From positions 64,001-128,000 of IMG/VR virus record IMGVR_UViG_3300030035_000081: a stretch of 64,000 nucleotides of DNA; one strand, written 5' to 3'. Shown one piece after another: positions 1 through 10,113 of the stretch. The position numbers were made by a program, and so were the translations under genes. Below the pieces are notes generated by a model. The model searched no databases, was not told the DNA's origin, and saw nothing but the letters and a program-made list of their open reading frames with translations. Each line of letters begins with the position of its first letter. Position 1 is the first letter of the stretch. The stretch comes from a virus. Its lineage: Duplodnaviria > Heunggongvirae > Uroviricota > Caudoviricetes.

Positions 1-212
1 TTGTCCAGGAAGCAAAAGTGCCTTCATTTGCCACTGATTCATCCGTTCGGAACGATATCGAAAATACCTTGATATTATTCCGATGCAATATTCCGATAAG
101 CCGACTTTGTTCCGCAAATTGTGGATTGGATTCCTACCAAAGTTTGAAAGCAGAATGTTTCATCTATAGCTGCAAGGCTTTGGTGAGGACGTTCACGGAA
201 TCAGTCCTTGAC

Positions 213-242
213 ACCTCCCACGATTGAAATCGTGGGATTCCC
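213..242 (+). mobile_element. Orphan IS200/IS605-type terminal hairpin
   Basis: cctcccacgattgaaatcgtgggattcc resembles the distal end of both IscB elements (cctcccatgactgaagtcacgggtatcc at 13017 and 55325). Confidence 0.55.
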
Positions 243-423
243 CGGCCTTCGTTTGGTAAATCTAACGGCAGGATACTGCTCAAAGGTACAAATCCTTCAG
301 CAAACGTCACAATCTCCAAAGTCAGCGATTGTTCGTAAATTTATGGGGGACTGCTTTCTTGTTTAGCACCACAATTTGTGATATAATAGCGAAAGAAAAC
401 AATGAATAATGGAGTGCCATAAA

Positions 424-660
424 ATGCAGAAATACGATTTCATCAAGAAGCAATATACGGCGTACACCCCACCTCAGAACGGGCATTGCGACATCATGGT
501 TCATGCCAACGAAGAACTCAATTGTGCTGCGTGCGGACGTACCATCAACGAGCACAACGCATATACGTCTGCGGCCATCCAGAACGATATTGGCATTGGC
601 TATCTGATTTGCAAAAGCTGCTATGAGCACGAGCTCGAAATCAGAAAAGCTGTAAAATAA
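424..660 (+). CDS. Small Cys-containing hypothetical protein
   Basis: GGAG RBS before ATG 424; CxxC...CxxC; terminator follows. Confidence 0.6.
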   Translation: MQKYDFIKKQYTAYTPPQNGHCDIMVHANEELNCAACGRTINEHNAYTSAAIQNDIGIGYLICKSCYEHELEIRKAVK

Positions 661-667
661 GGGTCCA

Positions 668-696
668 GCCGCCTCCATAAGGAGGCGGCTTTTTTG
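668..696 (+). terminator. Intrinsic terminator
   Basis: agccgcctcc-ataa-ggaggcggct followed by T-run. Confidence 0.85.
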
Positions 697-739
697 CTTG
701 TAAAAATATGTATAAACTGTTACCATTTAGCGCTTTCCG

Positions 740-768
740 TTGTGAGAAATTGCGAATCGCGGTATAAT
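740..768 (+). promoter_or_regulatory. TGCGA-type promoter (no leader)
   Basis: ttgtga-gaaat-TGCGA-atcgcgg-tataat. Confidence 0.7.
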
Positions 769-800
769 GAAAAAGTAAAAAGTGAAAGGATTTTTTCCGT

Positions 801-1472
801 ATGTACATTGATTTCACGAGCAAGCAGTACTTCTTCATTCTGCACGCTCTTGCCATCATGATAACGTTTTATAGCAACGATTTTTCCTCTATCTGCAAAG
901 AGGTTGGAGAGGCTTATGGAGCAAGCGAAGCAGACATTTCAAGTGCTTGTGCTGCTCTGACAGCTGTGAACGTAACGGCTCCTGTTAAAGACTCTTCTAA
1001 CAAGTGCAGCGCTATCTTGGAAGACATGCTGCATCATGCACGGGAACTGCCGGAAAAGGATGCTCCGTATAAGTACAGCATTGGCTTGGATACTCTTTCC
1101 TGGAAAGTAGTTGCTGATGCACTGGATACATACTCACGTATTTTGATGGGGCAATTTGGCGTCATCTATGAAGCACTTGATATTTCTGGTAACGATGAGC
1201 AGCACCTTCAGGCGTACCATGATGCCCGCTGGAATGGAGTAGGTATCATTGAAACCCGAGACCTTCTGATTCCACAGCTTAAAAAGATTGGCGTTGGCTG
1301 GAACGGAAACTTTGGTATTTCCAATTCAGGACTCGCTTATAACAGCAAACTGGCATATGAGATTCTCAAGACCATTCGATACGCGACAGAGAAACGAGAT
1401 AGCTCCGTTCTGAAAGTCACAGACGAGCCATTGCCGCGTGCTGAAGGTTCTTTCCAAATTAGAGCACTGTAA
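801..1472 (+). CDS. Hypothetical protein
   Basis: 223-aa ORF with AAAGGA RBS. Confidence 0.8.
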   Translation: MYIDFTSKQYFFILHALAIMITFYSNDFSSICKEVGEAYGASEADISSACAALTAVNVTAPVKDSSNKCSAILEDMLHHARELPEKDAPYKYSIGLDTLSWKVVADALDTYSRILMGQFGVIYEALDISGNDEQHLQAYHDARWNGVGIIETRDLLIPQLKKIGVGWNGNFGISNSGLAYNSKLAYEILKTIRYATEKRDSSVLKVTDEPLPRAEGSFQIRAL

Positions 1473-1477
1473 TTAGA

Positions 1478-1705
1478 TTGGAGGCTTCCAGGGTGGGCGA
1501 CCACATCATTTCTTTCTTAGACATCTGCGCCATGCACGGTCAGTCGGTTTTGGCAAAAGCACCGTCCATTCCGGCTATCGATAATAAAACTGTGTATTGT
1601 ACCGGCGCTCACAAGCACGGAGAGGACCGCTGCATTGTCCTTGACGGCGAGGAGTACAGCCAGATTCTTTTTGCTGACGGAACAATAAAACTGTATTGGC
1701 AGTGA
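1478..1705 (+). CDS. Hypothetical protein
   Basis: Short ORF filling the operon gap; true start may be GTG 1493 after GGAGG. Confidence 0.55.
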   Translation: MEASRVGDHIISFLDICAMHGQSVLAKAPSIPAIDNKTVYCTGAHKHGEDRCIVLDGEEYSQILFADGTIKLYWQ

Positions 1706-1714
1706 GGTATCATT

Positions 1715-2791
1715 GTGGACAATATAATTGTGAACAGCGCTCTTTGGTATGCCGAGCAGAGCAGTCAGTTTCTTTTGAATTCTGGGGCCAACAAGCTACT
1801 GGATAAGGGCTATGACTATTATGTGAAAGAATTTATTCCACTTGGGCACCGCCTTATCCAAAACGGTCAGATTGCCGCCGATGCGATGGATGGGGAACTT
1901 GCCGCGCAGTTCTCAATGGCGTATGTTGCAAACTATTGGCGGACAGCGAAAACCGTATACAATTTTGCGCCGGAATTTCTCAGAACATTGGCAGAGACTG
2001 AGGACGCACCGATTTATTCCGATATTATGATGCGGCTGCCATATAGGGATTTTGTCATGAATCTGCCCGCTGGCTCTCATCACGATGCGATGTTTGTTCA
2101 CATTGAGTTCGATGCATCCCATGGTCCGAACAATGTGGATACACTCTTCCTGATTGTTCCTTTTAAGGCAAATCCAAACTTTGACAATATCGAACTTTGC
2201 CAGTGCATGCAGTGGTGTCTCAACGGCAAGAAGCTGATTGAGTCCTATCGGCGCAACAATGATGCTCGCGAGCAGGCATTTCAGAACGGAACTGATTCCG
2301 CCACTGTCAATGACGCCACGATTTCAAATGTACCCGGTGCCGTTCTCAGCGAAGAAGAGCTGGAAAAGCAGCGGGAATTCAACGCCGGCGTTGAGCCGTA
2401 TCTTCGTGTTGCGGTTTCTGCAGCTTATTACCTTGCATCCAAGAATGCTGAAATCAAAGAGGTAAAAATCCCGAAAGAGAAGCGGCCCATCCTTGTTTCC
2501 AAACCCGGTGCAACACCTAAGAAAGTTAATATCAAGACCTACAATGTAGGCTTTGTCATCGGAAAGAGCTTTGAAAAGCAGCTGGCTTCTGGCACGGAAT
2601 ATCAGAAGTCCACAGCAACCGGCACGGGCCGTACGGTCAGACCTCACGTCCGCCGCGCCCATTGGCATCATTATTGGGTCGGAGAAGGTCGAACTCGCTT
2701 AGAAGTTCGCTGGATTGAGCCGACTTTTGTGCTGCCGGAAGGAAAACGTGAGGTTCCGGTTGCTACCGTTAGACGGGTTTTAGGCGCTTAA
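1715..2791 (+). CDS. AcrVA2/FinQ-family protein (putative anti-CRISPR)
   Basis: N-terminal WR...YxF..E...LP and C-terminal RPHVRRAHWHHYWVG...RWIEPTFV match the AcrVA2 pattern (RPHIRRGHWHGYWQG...RWQPAVFV) as I recall it; similar length. Confidence 0.7.
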   Translation: MDNIIVNSALWYAEQSSQFLLNSGANKLLDKGYDYYVKEFIPLGHRLIQNGQIAADAMDGELAAQFSMAYVANYWRTAKTVYNFAPEFLRTLAETEDAPIYSDIMMRLPYRDFVMNLPAGSHHDAMFVHIEFDASHGPNNVDTLFLIVPFKANPNFDNIELCQCMQWCLNGKKLIESYRRNNDAREQAFQNGTDSATVNDATISNVPGAVLSEEELEKQREFNAGVEPYLRVAVSAAYYLASKNAEIKEVKIPKEKRPILVSKPGATPKKVNIKTYNVGFVIGKSFEKQLASGTEYQKSTATGTGRTVRPHVRRAHWHHYWVGEGRTRLEVRWIEPTFVLPEGKREVPVATVRRVLGA

Positions 2792-2802
2792 AGGAGTTTC
2801 AC

Positions 2803-3342
2803 ATGAAAGCAAACTACAAAATTGTCGCAAACAAGCAAAAGATGCTCGAAAAAGAAATCGAAAACTTCGAACCTACCAGCACAATGTCAGTACTGCTAAT
2901 GCGCTATAGCATCATACAGGGACTGCTTCAGGTTAAACCGAACGAAAAAGATGAGAATGGTATCCCGAATATCAGCCCTGTGGATATGGCATACGAGATG
3001 ACCACTTTCTTTGGCGACGCCGTCAATGCTGCGGCTGATGATTTCACAAATGATGATGAGGACGACAGCACAATAAAATTTGATGGCACCGTTGATGAAT
3101 TCCGGCAAGAACTTGCCAATCGCGTCTTAATAACACTCAGTTTGGCGTTTGAACATGAATTCATAAATTTTACAGAGCAAACCGGGATTTCCCGCGCACA
3201 GTATGAAATTCTTGCGGCTGAATATATTGCTCATGCGGAAGACGATGGCAGTAAAGTATCCGAAATGTTCAAAGGCGACAGCTCTGAAAAACACAAATCT
3301 AAGGGCTGGACCAACGCGATGCCAAAAAACAAACGAAGCTAA
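2803..3342 (+). CDS. Hypothetical protein
   Basis: 179-aa ORF, AAGGAG RBS. Confidence 0.8.
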   Translation: MKANYKIVANKQKMLEKEIENFEPTSTMSVLLMRYSIIQGLLQVKPNEKDENGIPNISPVDMAYEMTTFFGDAVNAAADDFTNDDEDDSTIKFDGTVDEFRQELANRVLITLSLAFEHEFINFTEQTGISRAQYEILAAEYIAHAEDDGSKVSEMFKGDSSEKHKSKGWTNAMPKNKRS

Positions 3343-3351
3343 AAAAGCCAC

Positions 3352-3488
3352 TTGCACAAATGTGCGAACCGCCTAAAATAATAATTGCATAACAGATACC
3401 ATCACTTACCTCCTAATTGAACATTAAGTTAACAATCTGTCATGCATAAGTAAGCAGACTCTCTTTTGAGGGCCTGCTTCTTTTTTTT
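3352..3488 (+). promoter_or_regulatory. Degenerate copy of promoter-leader-terminator module
   Basis: ttgcac-N5-TGCGA-N6-taaaat, cagatacca, GCAGACT...GGCCTGC-T run; lacks GTAC arms. Confidence 0.65.
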
Positions 3489-3534
3489 GTATGTATTGAT
3501 TAGAAACAAAAATATTTCAGAAAGGATGAATACT

Positions 3535-3777
3535 ATGACCACAAATACCAAGAACAGCTTTACCAGGTTCGCGGCTGCCGCAAAAGATTGCTTCTATGTG
3601 AATTCTTTTCGCGCAGACTTAGTTCAGTGCGACAGGGCCTTGAAAATGGACGGCGAGATGCACGTCGAAGCGGAATGCTGGATGAACATTTTGGATGCCC
3701 TGGACGATAACGACATCAAGATGTATGTCGATAACGAATACCGTCCCGGACTTTTGAACCCGTTCCATAAATGGTGA
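3535..3777 (+). CDS. Hypothetical protein, paralog of 19410..19655
   Basis: Shared AECW...L....D..I..YV...Y.PGLLNPF. Confidence 0.8.
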   Translation: MTTNTKNSFTRFAAAAKDCFYVNSFRADLVQCDRALKMDGEMHVEAECWMNILDALDDNDIKMYVDNEYRPGLLNPFHKW

Positions 3778-3791
3778 CGCTCCAAAAACAA

Positions 3792-3823
3792 GTCAATAAC
3801 CCACGACTAAAGTCGTGGGCTTG
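3792..3823 (+). mobile_element. Orphan IscB-element end (omega-RNA-proximal hairpin)
   Basis: gtcaataacccacgactaaagtcgtgggcttg, 1 mismatch to 11427..11458. Confidence 0.85.
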
Positions 3824-3882
3824 CGTCAGTAAGAAATCCCACCAAAAATAAAAAATACCCGAAGTGTGAAAGGAGCATAACA

Positions 3883-4365
3883 ATGCTTAATTCAAATATC
3901 AATAAAGCCCTTGAAATCAACTCGAATAAAGCCGTTCTTCTCAGCATCAAGAAGCAATGGCTTGAAAAAATTCTGAGCGGAGAAAAGACTATTGAGGTCC
4001 GAAAAACTATGCCGTGGGAAATTAGCTATCCTTTTGTAGTATTTTGCTACGAAACCAAAGCTAACGGTGGTGCTGGAAAAGTGACTGCCGCATTTGTTTG
4101 CCGTGACATCAATACACTCGATTGCCTGCGTGAGCTTCCGGCATATGCTATTGGTACGGAAGTGACCGCAAAGACCGCTCAATTCGTGAAGGACAGCTGC
4201 CTTACCGCAAATGAGCTGATTGCATACGGCAATAAGTCCGGCACTCTTTATTGCTGGAACGTTTCTGATGTCCAATCTATGGATATGTCGCTGCGAGAGC
4301 TCGGCGTTAAGCGAGCACCACAGTCCTGGATGTATCTGCGGATTCCCGATAACAAGACGTTCTGA
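3883..4365 (+). CDS. ASCH/PUA-domain protein
   Basis: LLSIK..W...ILSGEKTIEVRK and APQSW.Y motifs. Confidence 0.85.
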   Translation: MLNSNINKALEINSNKAVLLSIKKQWLEKILSGEKTIEVRKTMPWEISYPFVVFCYETKANGGAGKVTAAFVCRDINTLDCLRELPAYAIGTEVTAKTAQFVKDSCLTANELIAYGNKSGTLYCWNVSDVQSMDMSLRELGVKRAPQSWMYLRIPDNKTF

Positions 4366-4517
4366 ACGATGTCTGTTTGGGCTGGCTACGTGTACAAGCC
4401 AAACAAAATATCAACCACACGATAAAAACACACTCGAATGAATGATTCATCGTGCGAACAACGCAGACTCTCGATTCTTGAGGGCCTGCTATTTTTTTAT
4501 TTCAGGAGGAAACATCA

Positions 4518-5057
4518 ATGATTCTTTATCATATCATGGCAGACACCGGATGCCTGCCGGACGATGTTGTTCCGCAGATACCAACGAATCGGATGAAAGG
4601 GGAGGACCAGGAAATCCCAAGAATTTGTCTTGGGCATACCATTGACGACTGCCTGACCAGCATCGGCATTGCGCATTTTGTCTCAAAATTCCTGCTCGCT
4701 GAGCTGCGTCAGAACAAAAAATACTCCAAGGACATGCCGTTACCGTTCATTATCCGAATGTACAACATCAAGGACGAAGACCCGAATCTCTTGACCGAGG
4801 AAGAAACACAGAAATATGTGGCGGATTCTGTCGTGACCAGTGAATGCTGGCTCACAAGATACGAGAAACCCGTCAAAATCCAGAAACTTTGGCTTGTGGG
4901 CGGCGAAGTGGTGCTTTGGCCCTATATCGTTGACGGTGTTGTATACAATTACCCAATCGTCCGTAACTCAATTTGGGCAGACAGCAAAACCTTGCCGGAC
5001 CCGGAATTTCAGAATCAAATCATGGATATCACTCAGAAATGGCTTAACGAAGCCTGA
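4518..5057 (+). CDS. Hypothetical protein
   Basis: 179-aa ORF, AGGAGG RBS; preceded by GCAGACT/GGCCTGC terminator at 4463..4498. Confidence 0.8.
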   Translation: MILYHIMADTGCLPDDVVPQIPTNRMKGEDQEIPRICLGHTIDDCLTSIGIAHFVSKFLLAELRQNKKYSKDMPLPFIIRMYNIKDEDPNLLTEEETQKYVADSVVTSECWLTRYEKPVKIQKLWLVGGEVVLWPYIVDGVVYNYPIVRNSIWADSKTLPDPEFQNQIMDITQKWLNEA

Positions 5058-5079
5058 AAAAGAAGCACATCAAAAGCTC

Positions 5080-5216
5080 TTGCACATCCTTGCGAATTCC
5101 ATAGTATTAAAGTTGTACGACAGATAACATCTACTTGGCACACCGCGTGCTCGTACAATTCATAATTCTGTTCTCATTTAAGGCAGACTCATCTTCATGA
5201 TGGGCCTGCCTTTTTT
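5080..5216 (+). promoter_or_regulatory. Promoter-leader-attenuator module copy
   Basis: TTG-N8-TGCGA, ttgtacga...tcgtacaa, aattcataat, GGCAGACTCA..TGGGCCTGCC-T6. Confidence 0.9.
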
Positions 5217-5272
5217 GTTTTCAGGAAGCCGTCATCCACCCATTTTAACAGCGACTGATAAGGAGGTCCGCT

Positions 5273-5470
5273 ATGTCTATTTTCAAACATTTTACTCCGA
5301 AAAACACCCGCTTCGCCATCTATGCCGGTAACCCAGGTTTTTCCGGCATGGTTATCTGCTCCGATTTTATCGGGTATGTTAAAGCCCCAACGCTCAGCGA
5401 CGCCTATGATGCAGCGTATCGGTATCTTGCCAACAGCGGATATACCGCCATCGTAGTTCGTGAAGCATGA
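5273..5470 (+). CDS. Small hypothetical protein
   Basis: AAGGAGGT RBS, 65 aa. Confidence 0.7.
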   Translation: MSIFKHFTPKNTRFAIYAGNPGFSGMVICSDFIGYVKAPTLSDAYDAAYRYLANSGYTAIVVREA

Positions 5471-5552
5471 AGTTTTTCCAACAACCGAACATCTATCACA
5501 TCCCGCCAGACAGTTATTGTCGGCGGGAACTTTATTTAAAGGAGTAATCACA

Positions 5553-6347
5553 ATGAACGACAAATTGAAATTCTATGCCGGAACCATCGCTTTCATGCTC
5601 AGCGTTATCACCATTATCGGCTGCATAGCCTGCTTTTTCTCGACGCCTGCGTATGCTACGCCGGTAAAGACAGCTAACGATTCCGATATCGAGTATGTCA
5701 CGCCGTTGGAGGTCCATCTTCGGGAGCTCAACGCTCAGCCGCCTTTCGCGCCGGTACTGCCTGTACCTGAACCGGAAACGACTGAGACGGAGCCTGAATC
5801 TGAGCCCTCTGTAGAGACGGCAGAGACTGCGGTGGAACCTGCAGAAGAACCTGTGACGAACACGATTCCTCAGAACCTTTCTGACAATGAGTACGCCATC
5901 TACACAGCATTGCGGGATGTGGGTCTTTCCAAGGCCGGTACTGCCGCAGTGATGGGCTGCATGTCGATGGAAAGCGGTCTTAAAGCCTCGGCCGAAAACC
6001 CTTCGGATGGCGGCTATGGACTCCTGCAATGGACTTATAGCCGAAAGACAGACCTTTTCAACTGGTGTTATGGCAATGGCTATGACCCCAACACCGTTAC
6101 GGGACAGGTGATGTTCTTCGTGTATGAGCTCAATAGCACATACAGCAAGGCCGCCAAATACTCATATCCGGTGTACGAAACTCTCACTACAAGCGACAGC
6201 CTGGAAGATTGCCTTTCGATGTTCTTCTCCCATATGGAAGCAGGAACCAACGTGATAATCTCTTCCCGCAAAGTCTATGCAGGAGGGCTGACCACGTTAG
6301 ACCTGTACCGCAAACGCTTAACTGCCGCTTACAAATACTTCATTTGA
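5553..6347 (+). CDS. Secreted/anchored phage-tail-type lysozyme-domain protein
   Basis: N-terminal hydrophobic segment, Pro/Glu linker, AAVMG.M..ES...GGYGLLQWT..R (Phage_lysozyme2-like). Confidence 0.75.
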   Translation: MNDKLKFYAGTIAFMLSVITIIGCIACFFSTPAYATPVKTANDSDIEYVTPLEVHLRELNAQPPFAPVLPVPEPETTETEPESEPSVETAETAVEPAEEPVTNTIPQNLSDNEYAIYTALRDVGLSKAGTAAVMGCMSMESGLKASAENPSDGGYGLLQWTYSRKTDLFNWCYGNGYDPNTVTGQVMFFVYELNSTYSKAAKYSYPVYETLTTSDSLEDCLSMFFSHMEAGTNVIISSRKVYAGGLTTLDLYRKRLTAAYKYFI

Positions 6348-6364
6348 ATTAGGAGGAAATCACA

Positions 6365-6700
6365 ATGAAAACAACCGTTTATCTGTCCCGAAAACTCTTG
6401 AACCAGTTAAAGGTAAAAGAAACCGAAAGCAAAGACCTTATGCTAACCCATAACCTACACAACATCATCATCAACGGTAAGCGTGTTGGCTGCTCTGGCC
6501 ACATTCAGAACGTTCTCAACAATAAGTGCGTTTACGTCAGCACTGAAAAGAGTTGCTATCAGCCCTTGTCTGACAAGAACATGGTTCGCTATGCCGCCAG
6601 TATGAAAGATTACTCCTCTGTATCGCTCGGCGCAAAAGGACGTAATCAGTTCGTGACCAATGATGAGTTGGTTGGGAAAATTATTGATATGCTCCGATAA
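6365..6700 (+). CDS. Hypothetical protein
   Basis: AGGAGG RBS, 111 aa. Confidence 0.8.
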   Translation: MKTTVYLSRKLLNQLKVKETESKDLMLTHNLHNIIINGKRVGCSGHIQNVLNNKCVYVSTEKSCYQPLSDKNMVRYAASMKDYSSVSLGAKGRNQFVTNDELVGKIIDMLR

Positions 6701-6727
6701 GGGCATAAACAGAAAGAGAAAAAACTC

Positions 6728-6898
6728 ATGAAAACCGGCATCAAGAGTCAGATAGTAATAGTATCTGCTGTGGCAGCTGTTCTGCTCATTGTTATGAGCG
6801 TCTGCGCAATTGCGGAGAGCATTACCTTTGAGAAGGTTGCTGCTCTCACTGCAAGCGCACTTACCTTAAACAAATGCTGCGGCATCCTGTTAAACTAA
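6728..6898 (+). CDS. Small membrane protein
   Basis: 56-aa hydrophobic ORF below the ORF-track cutoff, fills the operon gap. Confidence 0.5.
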   Translation: MKTGIKSQIVIVSAVAAVLLIVMSVCAIAESITFEKVAALTASALTLNKCCGILLN

Positions 6899-6910
6899 GG
6901 AGAAAAAATC

Positions 6911-7495
6911 ATGAAGAATAAATACAAAGTTGTTGCCTTGGTTCCTTTGGAGTTCTCTGTTGAGGGAAACTCCGATTCCAAAGAGGCAATCGAATCCGTC
7001 AAAAACATTTTCGAAACGTGTCGGGATGATAACGACTGCGCGGACATCGTTTTTAATGGCATCGAAGAGTCACTTCGTCACGACAGTATCGAGTACAAAG
7101 TTGAAGCCGCCCAGCCTGAACCTGAGGTGAAGGCAAATTCCGATATCCGTTCTGTTGCCTCCGATATCTGCGACGTCTTCGAAAACTATCTCGACGAAAA
7201 CGGTGTCTATATTGTGTGTGACGATGCAGACGAGGAGCAAGACCGAAAAGCAAACGAAAGCGGCGCGATGTTGTATGGCATGGAATATTGGCATCTTGTC
7301 GAAGATGTCGAGTTCCGTGTGAATCATATAAATGCACAATACAAGCTGTTCACCGTCTTTGATATTATGGAGGTATTTGATAAACTTCTCATTTCCAAAA
7401 AGCTTGGTGACTTTGTACCGAGCGGCGAAAATCGTTACCGTTTGTATGCAAAAATCCTGAGCTGTCTGCGTTCTATCAGGGAGGAATTGTCATGA
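6911..7495 (+). CDS. Hypothetical protein
   Basis: AAGGAG RBS, 194 aa acidic. Confidence 0.8.
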   Translation: MKNKYKVVALVPLEFSVEGNSDSKEAIESVKNIFETCRDDNDCADIVFNGIEESLRHDSIEYKVEAAQPEPEVKANSDIRSVASDICDVFENYLDENGVYIVCDDADEEQDRKANESGAMLYGMEYWHLVEDVEFRVNHINAQYKLFTVFDIMEVFDKLLISKKLGDFVPSGENRYRLYAKILSCLRSIREELS

Positions 7496-8019
7496 AAGGC
7501 TGGAATAGTTCTAAGCACCTCATTCTCACCGCAAACCAGATGCCTGCGCCGATTCATTGGAACCCAATGAACGAGGATTGGAAAATGCGGCTTACCAAAA
7601 GCCAGATTTACAACACCTCTTCTGGTTTCGATACTCAAACGCTCGATGCTATGAAGAAGCTGCATGACAAAATCCTCACATTTGGCGGGGATGAAGTCTG
7701 CATGACGGAATTTGACGAAGACGCCCCAAAAATCCTCAAACGCGGCCGGTTCTTTTATGGCAGCAGCTATATGAGGAAAGGCCAGGATTGCCAGTGCCAT
7801 TACAATTCTGCACGGCTTTGGTATAAAAACAAAGACCAGTGCTTTATTGCAACGGGCTATGCTCTTTCCGAAGACGGGCTCTGGCGCTGTCATTCCTGGG
7901 TCGTTCAGCCAATGGCACGCACCGTTCGCGTGTGGGAAACCACCGTCAAGCGTGTTGCCAATTTCGGCGTGGTTTTGACCAGCGAGGAATGCGAAGACTT
8001 TGTCGAGAACAACACATAA
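7492..8019 (+). CDS. Hypothetical protein
   Basis: ATGA overlap; CH.N...TGYALS.DG.W..HSW motif. Confidence 0.8.
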   Translation: MKGWNSSKHLILTANQMPAPIHWNPMNEDWKMRLTKSQIYNTSSGFDTQTLDAMKKLHDKILTFGGDEVCMTEFDEDAPKILKRGRFFYGSSYMRKGQDCQCHYNSARLWYKNKDQCFIATGYALSEDGLWRCHSWVVQPMARTVRVWETTVKRVANFGVVLTSEECEDFVENNT

Positions 8020-8040
8020 CAATTGGGGAGGTTACCCAAC

Positions 8041-9042
8041 ATGGGTGAACAACTACATTTCAGTATGGATGGTGAGTTCCTCACCGCCATTGCACGTGAC
8101 TGGTTCTGGAACATGGACAAGCCGTATAAAAAGTGTGAGGAGCTGCTGCTCTCCTGCATGATGGGTGGCAACGAGGAAGAAAAAAGGCATGTTTGCCAGG
8201 ACATTATCGAAGGCCGGAAAAAACTTGTTGGTGTCAATGAGTTTGAACTTGTCGATGACAATGTTCATGTTCGTTCCCTCGGGCAGAAGGTTGAGGAGCT
8301 TCAACACAAGATGCTGGTCAGTCAGATTCGTGAGGATATGATTGTGCATCCACTCAAGTACATCGACCGTTTCGCTATGTCATTCGATTATGATACGCTT
8401 TGTAAGGATGTAGAGCGTCATTATATCGATTATAGCTATGACAGCATCAAGGACTATGTTATTGGCGATGCGGGTTACCCCGATACCTTTAACAATGGTG
8501 CGTGGCTGCTCAACCGTCCTGACCTTGTGGCAGAATTCAACGGCGAACCGCTTCCTGAGCAGGAATCCAACCCGGAATTCTACAAAACCGATTTTTGGAC
8601 CAAGCTTGCCTCTTGGATTGAAGCAAACATGAAAGGCACATCCGTTGAACGCCGTCAGCGACTGTACAACAGCTATATCAGTGATAGACCCATTCAGCAT
8701 CAGCTGACCGAATATGGTCTGATTGCTCCCGATGGCACCTGGTATGCCTGCGAGTTTGGCGAGCACGCTGCCCTGGCTGGCCGCATCATCATGCGCAATC
8801 GAGAAACGTTTGGTCTTTCTGACCATGAAGTTCTCAATATGGCGTATGACTGGAGCGGCAAGGGTCTCGATTTCCTATATAAACGCGGTTGGATTGCCAT
8901 TCGTAATCCTTCGATGGGCAATACATTCCTCGATATGGATGAGACCAAAACCGCAACAAAAGCTCAAGTAAATACCATTTTTGACTATATTTCTAAATTT
9001 AACCGCTATGACATGAATGTTTCCAAGGTCATGGCTGACTAA
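8041..9042 (+). CDS. Hypothetical protein
   Basis: GGAGGT RBS; G.I.PDG.....H...GWI motif. Confidence 0.85.
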   Translation: MGEQLHFSMDGEFLTAIARDWFWNMDKPYKKCEELLLSCMMGGNEEEKRHVCQDIIEGRKKLVGVNEFELVDDNVHVRSLGQKVEELQHKMLVSQIREDMIVHPLKYIDRFAMSFDYDTLCKDVERHYIDYSYDSIKDYVIGDAGYPDTFNNGAWLLNRPDLVAEFNGEPLPEQESNPEFYKTDFWTKLASWIEANMKGTSVERRQRLYNSYISDRPIQHQLTEYGLIAPDGTWYACEFGEHAALAGRIIMRNRETFGLSDHEVLNMAYDWSGKGLDFLYKRGWIAIRNPSMGNTFLDMDETKTATKAQVNTIFDYISKFNRYDMNVSKVMAD

Positions 9043-9059
9043 AAAAGGAGATTTTTATT

Positions 9060-9635
9060 ATGACTTCCAATATGACTATGACCGCTATTTCCATCTGTAA
9101 TTTTCTGAAACTCATCGTGAAAAGCACGGTTGAGCATTACACCGAGGATTTCAAGCTGGACATAAAGATTTTTAAGCGCTATGCAAAAGAAGCGCAGGAA
9201 ACTGGAAAGCCCGTATCGATGCTCTGGCTCTGCCGCTCTTGTGGAACGTATCTCTGCCCTGAGGAAGATGCGTACAAGAAAGATACTCCCATGTTCATCA
9301 CGTTCAAATACTATGATGAGCAGGAAGAGGAAGAAGCCCGGACCATTAAGGCTTTTCTGGTCACCGTGACAGGGATGGAAGGACAAAATCCAGTTGGCTA
9401 TATCACTCCCATCAACTATGCGGATGAATGTGACCGCATTCGCCGTTACGCAGTACCTGCCGAAAAGGTCGAGCTTGTCTATGATAAAGGTTCCCTTGTC
9501 CAGAACAATGGCAACTATACGATTCTGAAGCATCCCAAGCTTGGTACACTTCAGAAAACGAAATTCTTGGCCGATGACCCTGACGCGCTTGATTATGCGC
9601 TGCATATGGCTCGCAATGAGAGAAAGGCAGGGTGA
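9060..9635 (+). CDS. Hypothetical protein
   Basis: AAGGAG RBS, 191 aa. Confidence 0.8.
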   Translation: MTSNMTMTAISICNFLKLIVKSTVEHYTEDFKLDIKIFKRYAKEAQETGKPVSMLWLCRSCGTYLCPEEDAYKKDTPMFITFKYYDEQEEEEARTIKAFLVTVTGMEGQNPVGYITPINYADECDRIRRYAVPAEKVELVYDKGSLVQNNGNYTILKHPKLGTLQKTKFLADDPDALDYALHMARNERKAG

Positions 9636-9640
9636 CAGCC

Positions 9641-9916
9641 ATGAAAACGATGGTTACATTGACTCACGAAGAAGCCCAAAGCTATTTGGCGTACGCTCTG
9701 ATTTGCGAAACGATGGAAGGAGCCTTTTGGAATTCCGGACGCCGTCGCAGACTATACAGCAAGACGTTTACCGAAGCCGAACAGAGGCAGATTCCCCGCA
9801 TCAAAGCCACTGCTCACAAATGGTGTTTTGTTACTGGCGTTCCTGAAAAGGTACGCATGAGATACAGCACCTATTTGCTGTGGCAGAAACTCGCGATGTT
9901 CTGCGCTGAAATTTAA
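9641..9916 (+). CDS. Hypothetical protein
   Basis: Last gene of the operon before terminator 9926..9954. Confidence 0.75.
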   Translation: MKTMVTLTHEEAQSYLAYALICETMEGAFWNSGRRRRLYSKTFTEAEQRQIPRIKATAHKWCFVTGVPEKVRMRYSTYLLWQKLAMFCAEI

Positions 9917-9955
9917 TTTTTCATTACCGCTGCCCATTTGGGTGGCGGTTTTTTG

Positions 9956-10086
9956 TTGCGGATTTATGCGAACGGCCTATAATCAAAAATGTACGATAGA
10001 TAACAGTTATCGAAAAGGCACCCTGCCCTTCGCACACTTAACAATGCGCTTTAGGCGAACTTCCCATTTGGGTGGTTCGCCTTTTT
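9956..10086 (+). promoter_or_regulatory. Promoter-leader-attenuator module copy
   Basis: TGCGA-N6-tataat, tgtacgatagataaca, GGCGAACTTCCC..GGTTCGCC-T5. Confidence 0.85.
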
Positions 10087-10113
10087 GCGTATAAAAGAAA
10101 GGAAGTAATCAAA

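Noticed and set aside
18..227. 69-aa ORF at the window start
   Set aside because: No RBS or motif, and it overlaps an IS-end-like hairpin; probably non-coding.
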